Positions 9,254-18,424 of a DNA stretch of 49,242 nt are shown here, one piece after another. Origin of the DNA: a bacterium (lineage in GTDB: Bacteria; JADJOY01); assembly GCA_046331705.1 (NCBI GenBank), contig JAXLQJ010000020.1, positions 62,001-111,242 of the forward strand, read 5' to 3'. A model generated the notes under the pieces. The model searched no databases, was not told the DNA's origin, and saw only the letters and a list, made by a program, of their open reading frames with translations. The translations under genes were made by a program, and so were the position numbers. Numbering within the stretch: the first letter of the stretch is position 1; each line of letters opens with the position of its first letter.

Positions 9254-10324
9254 TCAGTTCATACTCTGCAGTATCACCGCACGGATCTCGGGGTCAACTT
9301 CGCGAGCGAGGAGCTTCTCGACCGCCTGGCGAGCCTCACCGCCTGCCGGCGAAGCCGCCAACGCCTGGGCTGCGGCAGCGCGTTCGACCGGTGTCCGCTG
9401 GTAGTCGGTGGCCACGGCGATGAGCGCGTCGCCCGACGTAGGCGACGTGCTCGCCCCGGCCCACTGACTCAAGAGGCTCGGAACAAACCGGCTTGCGGAT
9501 GGGTCGGCTTGCATCTGGGCCAGGAAAGACTCGATCACTTCGTGAGGGTCGGCTGATGCGAGTCGTGCCAGCACATCAGTCGCGGCCGCCGCGTCCCCAC
9601 GCGACCGCGCGGTGACGGCAATCGCCACAGAAGATCCGGGGCGGCCCACGTCCAGAACACGCTCCCGAACCTTCGGCCGCCGATCGTTCTCAAATAGAAA
9701 TCCAAGCCGACCGTCGACATCGGCTTTCACGGGAGAAGTGCGGATGCCTTTCAGTACGGCTTCCTGAACGTCGGCGGGCAGCGCGTCAAAGTCCCCGAGC
9801 TCCACTCGCGCGTCCTCGCCAAGTATGTCGACTAGGACGTCAGCGCCTTGGCCGGTACCCGCTTCCGAAAGCGCTTGCAGGAGCTGATCGGCGAAGATGG
9901 CTTCCCCACGCGCTCGCGCGTCGAGCAGCGCACGCAGTACGCCGACCACTGCTGCCCGCGTGCCGGATCGCGCCAGCAGGCGAGCCGCGGCGAAACGCTC
10001 ATCGTCCGCCCGAGAGCCCACCAGACGGGCGAGCAGCATCGCTTCGCGGCTCGAGTCATCCGCATCCTCGCGCGCGGCTCGGTTAATCCCGCCCTCGTGG
10101 GCCGGGCCTGGAGAGTCCAGGATCACAGCAGTGGTCGATGGGCGCGACTTTGACGGCGGCGCGGACTCTCGAAGCTCGACGGCCCCCGCCCGCGACGCCT
10201 CAAACGGGCGCTCCGGGCGGGTGGCGGACATCGCTGCCCATGCAACCAGACTGACGGCGGCACAGCCGGCGAGAGCGCGACCGGCGGATCGCATCGAATC
10301 TCCCACGTCACGCCATTGGCTCAT
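9254..10324 (-). CDS. Membrane-anchored or exported alpha-helical (HEAT-like) repeat protein
   Basis: ATG 10324 lies 11 nt after the upstream gene stop. N-terminal hydrophobic segment. HEAT-like units ERFAAARLLARSG, ERAAAAQALAA and EVDPEIRAVIL. Confidence 0.7.
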   Translation of the reverse strand: MSQWRDVGDSMRSAGRALAGCAAVSLVAWAAMSATRPERPFEASRAGAVELRESAPPSKSRPSTTAVILDSPGPAHEGGINRAAREDADDSSREAMLLARLVGSRADDERFAAARLLARSGTRAAVVGVLRALLDARARGEAIFADQLLQALSEAGTGQGADVLVDILGEDARVELGDFDALPADVQEAVLKGIRTSPVKADVDGRLGFLFENDRRPKVRERVLDVGRPGSSVAIAVTARSRGDAAAATDVLARLASADPHEVIESFLAQMQADPSASRFVPSLLSQWAGASTSPTSGDALIAVATDYQRTPVERAAAAQALAASPAGGEARQAVEKLLAREVDPEIRAVILQSMN

Positions 10325-10335
10325 GGCTTTCTCGC

Positions 10336-11094
10336 TCAGAAGGACAGGTTGAGGAAGTAGCTTCCGGTCCCTGATGCGCTGTAGTGGCGAATCTTCACGT
10401 AATACGTCCCAGGTCCGACACTTGCTCGGATCGCGAAGTTGAGGCCGTAGGACCCCCCGCCATCGTCGTTCGAAGTGATGACGTTGCAACCGCCGTCGCG
10501 CAGAATTCCGTAGGTGTCGGTGGATCCCGTTGTGTAGACGGTGAGCGTCCCCGTGCGCGGAACGGTGACCACGGCCGAGTCGGCATCGCCGGGGAACTCG
10601 ATCGAGCTCAGGTTGCTGCTGTTGAGGGTTACCGGAAACGCCGTGCTGCACGACGAGCCCCAATCCTGCCCGCCGCTTGGGCCACCCGAGAAACCAGAGA
10701 CCAGCGAGTAGGACCCGGTGCCCGAAGAGGAGTAGTGGCGCACCCGGATGTAGTAGGTGCCCGGGCTGACGGCGATCGAGATGTGGAAGTTGTAGCCGTA
10801 GCTGCCCTCTCCGTCGTCGTTGGACGCGCCAGAGATCGCTCGGCAGGATCCGTCGTACAGGGCGCCGAACGTGTCCGTGGATCCGGTCGTGGAGATGTCG
10901 AGGATACCGGCAGATGTGATGACGTACCGGAAGTAGTCTTGATCGCCAGCGGGGTTGATCGCGCCCGAGATCCGCCCACCGAGCGAGATGCTGGGCGCCG
11001 TTGTGCAACTGGATCCGCCTTCGTCAGCGAGCGCGTGGCTCGACATGAGCATCGCCAGCGCAAGTGCTGCGAGAAGCTGCTTCGTGGAATGCAT
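10336..11094 (-). CDS. Secreted protein with two PPC-like (pre-peptidase C-terminal) domains
   Basis: ATG 11094 has a GGAGGGG SD and a signal peptide ending ALA. Two repeats of TTGSTDT-G-L-D...NDDG...NF-I...V-PGTYY-----HYS-SGTGSY-L. Confidence 0.88.
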   Translation of the reverse strand: MHSTKQLLAALALAMLMSSHALADEGGSSCTTAPSISLGGRISGAINPAGDQDYFRYVITSAGILDISTTGSTDTFGALYDGSCRAISGASNDDGEGSYGYNFHISIAVSPGTYYIRVRHYSSSGTGSYSLVSGFSGGPSGGQDWGSSCSTAFPVTLNSSNLSSIEFPGDADSAVVTVPRTGTLTVYTTGSTDTYGILRDGGCNVITSNDDGGGSYGLNFAIRASVGPGTYYVKIRHYSASGTGSYFLNLSF

Positions 11095-11186
11095 GGTCGT
11101 CCCCTCCACTGGCCACGGGGGCCAGTCGTCTACTGCCGATTCGGTTCGTCGCGCTAGCGCCCATCGCCCACGGACGCCCAGCGAAG

Positions 11187-11202
11187 AGCAGGCATCGTGC
11201 CA
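11187..11202 (-). promoter_or_regulatory. Sigma54 -24/-12 promoter of the PPC-HEAT-CSLREA operon
   Basis: Minus strand reads TGGCACGATGCCTGCT, near consensus TGGCACG-N4-TTGCW. Confidence 0.8.
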
Positions 11203-11286
11203 AGCGATTCGTGCCGCTCGGACTTGGGCGCCGACGAGAAATGCGCGGCGCACGGGACTCCGCAGTGGCATGAAGCAGTTGACGGC

Positions 11287-11321
11287 GTCCCGAGAACCAG
11301 ACTTGTTCCGACGCTTCAGAC
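11287..11321. promoter_or_regulatory. Tandem putative enhancer (UAS) palindromes
   Basis: GTCCCGAGAACCAGAC (11287-11302) and TTCCGACGCTTCAGAC (11306-11321). Confidence 0.6.
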
Positions 11322-11385
11322 TCATCGACGCGTCGCGAATCGACGAAGCGTGTTGTTGGTTACCGCGACTCCGGACCATCCACTG

Positions 11386-11422
11386 AAAAAAAACGCGCCC
11401 CGGATGCGGGACGCATCCGGGG
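11386..11422 (-). terminator. Intrinsic terminator after the 11462-12124 gene
   Basis: 11-bp stem CCCCGGATGCG/CGCATCCGGGG with a 3-nt loop. A8 on the plus strand gives a U8 tail on the minus strand 4 nt after the stem. Confidence 0.75.
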
Positions 11423-11461
11423 TGGGGAGAACCTGAGCCTCGCGAACAGGGTCTGAGCGGA

Positions 11462-12124
11462 CTACTCGCCGGACGCGTTCCAGTAGAAGTCCGTCGGGTC
11501 GGTCGTCACGAATCCCGGATCGACACCGAAGTCCACTTCGAGCAGAACGCCGTCCGTGCCGACGACCCTGACGTTGTCGATCTCACCAACTCCGTGCCCG
11601 ATACCATCGCCACCCTGCTTGGCAACACCGAATCGCGTCAGGTCCTGGGCGATCGCGCCTCCGCTCACCGCCACCGACGTGACGACGGCTCCCGACGACA
11701 GATCCTCGACCACGAGCGAGGCGGTGGCGCTCGCCTCACTGTAGATCATCGTGGCCCGGTACCAGTTGCCGAGCTGATAGTCGAAATTCTGGCGAACCTC
11801 GCCCATGCCTTCGGCGCCGAGGGTGAAGTGCTTCCCGCCACCGTCGAGCCCGACGATGAGATGAAAGGCGTCGTTCCCCGACTGGTTGTTCCGGAACAGC
11901 CCAAGCTCGATGCCACCGGACGAGGACACCTCGTCGAGGCGAAAGTCGGTCGCGACCAGAACACTCCCACCGCTGTACGCAATGGGCGTGTAGGCGAAAT
12001 CGTCCTCAGCGTCGACCGCCCGGAAGTGGTACGTGCCCGTCGTCGGGCATCCCGACTGCCCCATCAACACCGCAGCGAACGCCGCGCTGCCGACCAACGT
12101 CGTCCAACGCCGTAGGTTCTTCAT
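11462..12124 (-). CDS. Putative lipoprotein, beta-rich (lectin-like fold possible)
   Basis: ATG 12124 has a GGGGAGAGG SD. MKNLRRW-hydrophobic-MGQSGC resembles a lipoprotein signal. GNWYRATMIY and GEIDNVRV are ConA-like strand patterns. Confidence 0.75.
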   Translation of the reverse strand: MKNLRRWTTLVGSAAFAAVLMGQSGCPTTGTYHFRAVDAEDDFAYTPIAYSGGSVLVATDFRLDEVSSSGGIELGLFRNNQSGNDAFHLIVGLDGGGKHFTLGAEGMGEVRQNFDYQLGNWYRATMIYSEASATASLVVEDLSSGAVVTSVAVSGGAIAQDLTRFGVAKQGGDGIGHGVGEIDNVRVVGTDGVLLEVDFGVDPGFVTTDPTDFYWNASGE

Positions 12125-12254
12125 GATCCTCTCCCCTCTCCCTCGCCGTACTCGGGCGAGGCGTGTCGTTGCTGGCCTAGCTCTCGCCCCCACGGGCGAG
12201 CGCGACAGGTCGCCAGCGCGTCCAAGCCCGCTGACGCGAGCGCCTCAGCACCAG

Positions 12255-12270
12255 AGCAACAGCGGTGCCG
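12255..12270 (-). promoter_or_regulatory. Sigma54 -24/-12 promoter
   Basis: Minus strand reads CGGCACCGCTGTTGCT (GG-N10-GC). Confidence 0.75.
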
Positions 12271-12377
12271 AGGCCAGGCGACACTGACCAGAACGCATCG
12301 CCGTCGGCGAATCGCCGCGATTCTCGCGATAGCGCGCTCACGGCCACGCTGAGGCACCGAGCGACACTCGCAGTAGA

Positions 12378-12412
12378 ATCCGGGTATCCAGATGCGATCC
12401 GGGGAATCAGAC
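12378..12412. promoter_or_regulatory. Tandem putative enhancer (UAS) palindromes
   Basis: ATCCGGGTATCCAGAT (12378-12393) and ATCCGGGGAATCAGAC (12397-12412). Confidence 0.65.
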
Positions 12413-12488
12413 TTGTTGCGCCCGCACCGGGCTGACGCGGCACACCGGTCGTGGGGTTACTGTCTTCCCGCTCCCGCCAGAGGAGCGA

Positions 12489-15400
12489 ATGGGTCATGAG
12501 CACTTTGGCATTGCGATGAACGGCGCGATTGAAGACCCGCCGCGGTTCGAAACAGGTGAGCTGCTCGCTCAGCGCTATCGAGTGGTGAGTCGACTCGGGC
12601 GTGGCGGCATGGGCGAGGTGTACGAAGTTGAAGACCTCGAGTTGGGGACTCGCGTCGCCCTGAAGACCGTCGCCAGTGCGAACGACTCTGACCCAGAGGC
12701 GATGAGGCTCTTCAAGCGTGAGGTTCTTCTGGCGCGGCGAGTCACCCACCCGAGCATCTGCCGCACCTTCGACATCAGCTACCACTGCGCGGGAGGGCAC
12801 CGCGTCGCATTCCTCACGATGGAGCTACTCGTCGGGGAGTCCCTCGCGGCGCGCATCCAGCGCCAACAGCGGCTCCCGACCAACGAAGCGCTCTGCGTGA
12901 TCGAGCAGGTCGCCGCGGCACTCGACGCAGCCCATACCGCAGGCGTCGTGCACGGTGACCTGAAGAGCGCGAACATCATGATCGCGAGGACACCCGAAGG
13001 CGGCGAGCGTTCCGTGGTGACGGACTTCGGGTGCGCACGGCTGCACTTGAAGCCGGTCAGCGAGGGCGCGGCGGACGCCACCGAGTCCATCCGAGGAACG
13101 CCTGCGTACATGGCGCCCGAGCAGGTCGCTGGGAAGCCGTGTGGCCCGTCTGCAGACCTCTACGCGCTGGGCATCGTCGCCTTCGAAATGATCACGGGCA
13201 CGGTTCCGTTCCGAGCCGCGTCACCCATGGCAACGGCGATGCAGCGCCTCTACTTCGAGCCCCCGAGACCGGGATCGCTCGCGCCCGACCTCGATCCCAG
13301 GTGGGATAGCGCGATCCTGCGATGCCTGGACCGGAACCCCGACGCGCGGCCGGCCTCGGGAGCCGCCGTCGTTCAACTTCTTTGTGGCGAAGCCACGGCC
13401 CCGCGATGTCGGGCGGCGTTTCCCCAATCAGTGACGCCCTTCATCGGGCGTGAGCAGGAACTCGAGGAAGTCGCGAGCTTGGTGCGCACGTCGCGACTCG
13501 TCACCCTCACCGGAGCAGGCGGCTGCGGCAAGACTCGGCTCGCCCTCGAGTTGGCGCGCGGTTCGCAAGAGGCCTCGGAGGAGAATGCCTGGTTCGTCGA
13601 CCTGGCACCGCTCACCGGAAGCGCCGACGTCGCACATGAGACCGCGCTGACCATGGGGCTTCGGGAACAACCGGGCGAAGAACCCGCTCAAACCATCATC
13701 GACTTCCTGCAGTCGAGGACCGCGTTGATCTTGTTCGACAACTGCGAGCATGTGGTGGCGAGAGCCGCCGAGCTCGTACAACGGATCCTCAGTTCCACGC
13801 GAGGCGTACGGGTGCTCGCGACGAGCCGGCAGGTGTTGGGCGCTGCGGGCGAGTCGGTCTACCCGCTCTCGCCATTGGCCGTCCCGTCCCGGGACGCCTC
13901 GCGCCTCGAAGAAATCCGCGACGCGGCTGCTGTCCGTCTTTTCGAGGAAAGAGCCCGCGCAGCAAACCCAGTGTTCGCCCTGACCGATCGGACTGCGGCC
14001 ACGGTGGCGCAAATCTGCAGGCAACTCGACGGAATTCCCTTAGCACTGGAGCTAGCAGCCGCGAAGATTCGGACGGTTGCTCTCGCAGAAATCCTGAGGC
14101 GACTGCGGGATCGATTCCACCTCCTCCGTGGAGGGGGTGTCGGCACCCGCGAGCATCACCAAACGCTCCACGCCACAATCCAGTGGAGCCACGACCACCT
14201 GTCCCCACCCGAAGCCGTGCTGTTCCGGCGCCTCGCAGTCTTCTCGGGGGGATTCACACTCGAAGCCGTGGAGGCTGTGTGTTCCGGTTTGGGGCTCGAC
14301 GAGCACGACGTGCTGGAGTTGCTCACCGGGCTCGTCGACAAGTCGCTCGTGGTGTTCGATCCCGTGGAGTGCCGATACCGGCTTCTCGAGACCATCCGCG
14401 CATTGAGTACCGAACACCTGTGTGCTGCTGATGAGAGCATCCCGGTCGCGGCGAAGCACCAGGCATTCTTTCTCCGGTTTGCGCGAGATGCGCAGGAACA
14501 CCTGGGCACCGAAGATGAATCAGGCTGGCTCGACCGGCTTGAGACAGAACACGACAATCTTCGCGCAGCCCTGAGGCACGACGAGTCGGCCGATGGACCC
14601 GAACGCGCTCTCGACTTGGCCGGCACACTGATCCCCTTCTGGGAGACGCGGGGGTATCTCCGCGAGGCCAGAGAGATCCTCTCGGCGGCGGTTTCACGTG
14701 CCGCCCCGGCAGGATCCGGCGCGCTTCGAGCTCGCGCCCTGAGTGGCCTGGGGATCTTCGAATTCTTTCTCGGCGACTACCCATCGGCGCAGCAGCATTT
14801 CGAGGAGAGCCTCGGGATCCGCAGGAGCCTCGACGACCCATCGGCCGTGGGCGCGTCCCTCAACAACCTCGCGCTGGTCGCCCACGTGCGGGGCCAGTAC
14901 GAGGCCGCACAAACCCTCCACGAGGAGGGTCTTACGATTCAGCGCCAAGTGGGTACCGATCGGGATGTGGCGATTTCGCTCGCCAACCTGGGCGATGCAC
15001 AGAGACTTCTCGGCGACACCCAGGCCGCAAGGGTCACCCTCGACGCAGCGCTGGAGATCCTGCGCAGACTTGGCGATCGCCGACGCGAGGCTGGCGTGAT
15101 GACCAACCTCGCGCTCGTGGCGAGCGCTCAAGGGAATCTCGAAGAGGCGTGGCGGCTCCTGGATCAGAGCCTCGCCATCCGCCGAGAGCTCGGGGATAGG
15201 TGGGGGATCGCCCTCACCTGCCTGAATCTCGGAGAGTTGTGCCTCGATCGCTCGGACACCACGGGCGCGTCCGCATACCTGGTGGACTCGCTGACCACGG
15301 CGCGGGAGATCGGCGCAAACGAGCCGCTGGTCGATGGACTTCAGCTAGCCGCCCGATTCGCCGCGTCTAAGGGTGATCCAACGGCGGCCGCCCGTTTGTT

Positions 15401-15593
15401 GGCAGCGGCACACCAGCTGCGCGAGCGGATGGGGTTGCCGACCGCCCCCTCGGCGCATGCCCAGCAGGACAGAATCATCGCGTCCGCACGTCTGGAATTG
15501 GGGGAAGACAATCTCGAGGCGTGCCGAGCGGCTGGCCGAGGGATGGACCTTGGGACCGCGGTCGCACTTGCGCTCGAAAGCTGTAGGGGCTGA
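12489..15593 (+). CDS. Ser/Thr protein kinase fused to a STAND-type ATPase (COG3903/AfsR-like) and TPR repeats
   Basis: Kinase motifs GRGGMGEVY, VALK, HGDLKSAN, DFG, GTPAYMAPE. ATPase motifs FIGREQEL, Walker A GAGGCGKT, Walker B LILFDNCEH, LDGIPLALELAA. TPRs of the SLNNLA...ESLGIRR type. AGGAG SD. Confidence 0.95.
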   Translation: MGHEHFGIAMNGAIEDPPRFETGELLAQRYRVVSRLGRGGMGEVYEVEDLELGTRVALKTVASANDSDPEAMRLFKREVLLARRVTHPSICRTFDISYHCAGGHRVAFLTMELLVGESLAARIQRQQRLPTNEALCVIEQVAAALDAAHTAGVVHGDLKSANIMIARTPEGGERSVVTDFGCARLHLKPVSEGAADATESIRGTPAYMAPEQVAGKPCGPSADLYALGIVAFEMITGTVPFRAASPMATAMQRLYFEPPRPGSLAPDLDPRWDSAILRCLDRNPDARPASGAAVVQLLCGEATAPRCRAAFPQSVTPFIGREQELEEVASLVRTSRLVTLTGAGGCGKTRLALELARGSQEASEENAWFVDLAPLTGSADVAHETALTMGLREQPGEEPAQTIIDFLQSRTALILFDNCEHVVARAAELVQRILSSTRGVRVLATSRQVLGAAGESVYPLSPLAVPSRDASRLEEIRDAAAVRLFEERARAANPVFALTDRTAATVAQICRQLDGIPLALELAAAKIRTVALAEILRRLRDRFHLLRGGGVGTREHHQTLHATIQWSHDHLSPPEAVLFRRLAVFSGGFTLEAVEAVCSGLGLDEHDVLELLTGLVDKSLVVFDPVECRYRLLETIRALSTEHLCAADESIPVAAKHQAFFLRFARDAQEHLGTEDESGWLDRLETEHDNLRAALRHDESADGPERALDLAGTLIPFWETRGYLREAREILSAAVSRAAPAGSGALRARALSGLGIFEFFLGDYPSAQQHFEESLGIRRSLDDPSAVGASLNNLALVAHVRGQYEAAQTLHEEGLTIQRQVGTDRDVAISLANLGDAQRLLGDTQAARVTLDAALEILRRLGDRRREAGVMTNLALVASAQGNLEEAWRLLDQSLAIRRELGDRWGIALTCLNLGELCLDRSDTTGASAYLVDSLTTAREIGANEPLVDGLQLAARFAASKGDPTAAARLLAAAHQLRERMGLPTAPSAHAQQDRIIASARLELGEDNLEACRAAGRGMDLGTAVALALESCRG

Positions 15594-15835
15594 GCACCGC
15601 CGCGGACCTCACCAAGAAGGCCATGATCGCCATCGACCGCCGACTCGCCGCCGAGCACCCCGGCCAGCTCATGCTGCTCCAGGTCCACGACGAGTTGGTC
15701 TTCGAGGTCGACGAGAGCCGCGTGGACGCGGTGCGCGAGATGGTGGTCGACGAGATGACCCACGCCATCGAGCTCGCCGTGCCGCGGATCGTGGACACCG
15801 GCGTTGGCCGCCACTGGGACGAGACGGACTGAGTC
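15594..15835 (+). pseudogene. polA: Displaced duplicate of the polA 3' end (attR-like)
   Basis: Encodes the last ~78 codons of PolA including LQVHDELV and the TGA. Begins on the base after the kinase stop codon and has no promoter or SD. Confidence 0.93.
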
Positions 15836-16200
15836 CCTCGCGCGCCGGGTCGCTACCCGCGCGCTCACTCCGGCCGCAGAGAAACCGCTGACTCTCCATC
15901 CGCCTGCTGCCCACCGGCGCTCGCCCCAGGAGGCCCAACCGCTGCGGCTCGACGAGCGCGTGGGCCGTGCCCAGAGCGTCCACTGGCCGGCGGTCGGCCC
16001 GCCAGCGAGCCCGGCGGGGCGCACGTGGCGGCACGGCGAGGCCGTCGGCGATGACGAAACCCCTCGCCGCAGGTGGTGCGGCAGGTTACAGTTGGGGGCT
16101 TTACGGTCGGTCCGGCGTGCCGGCGGCGCGTGGGCCTCCCGAACATTCCCGTTCGAGCACCCCGACACCGTCGCAGCCAGACGGCGCACGAGGAAGTTCC

Positions 16201-18291
<2,091 letters not shown>

Positions 18292-18320
18292 CGTCCGTCG
18301 CACCGTGCGTGCGACGCCCC

Positions 18321-18356
18321 ACGAGGCCACCCGATCCGGGTGGCCTCGTTTCGTTT
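18321..18356 (+). terminator. Intrinsic terminator after fusA
   Basis: 13-bp stem ACGAGGCCACCCG/CGGGTGGCCTCGT followed by TTCGTTT. Confidence 0.8.
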
Positions 18357-18389
18357 CGGGTGACGCCCGCGTACCGCGATCACGCCGCG

Positions 18390-18418
18390 TTGAGGCGACA
18401 TCTCCGTGACAGTACGAT
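18390..18418 (+). promoter_or_regulatory. Putative sigma70 promoter (leaderless transcript)
   Basis: TTGAGG-17 nt-TACGAT, 6 nt before ATG 18425, with no SD. Confidence 0.5.
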
Positions 18419-18424
18419 GGCGGC

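Larger units (their letters stand above)
3940..15593. mobile_element. Genomic island inserted at the polA 3' end, no integrase seen
   Basis: Bounded by the polA 3'-end duplication. Cargo is visibly richer in A/T-ending codons than polA and fusA. No recombinase or transposase motif was found inside. Confidence 0.8.

Noticed and set aside
9254-11008. 584-aa ORF as a single gene
   Set aside because: Its first ~227 codons overlap the PPC gene in another frame and are low-complexity. The plausible gene starts at ATG 10324.
3940-15593. Prophage, ICE or integrase-bearing element
   Set aside because: No tyrosine or serine recombinase, transposase, phage structural or conjugation motifs were recognised in any frame.
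15623-15832. 69-aa mini-PolA as an independent gene
   Set aside because: It lies inside the displaced polA duplicate, starts at an internal Met, and has no SD or promoter.
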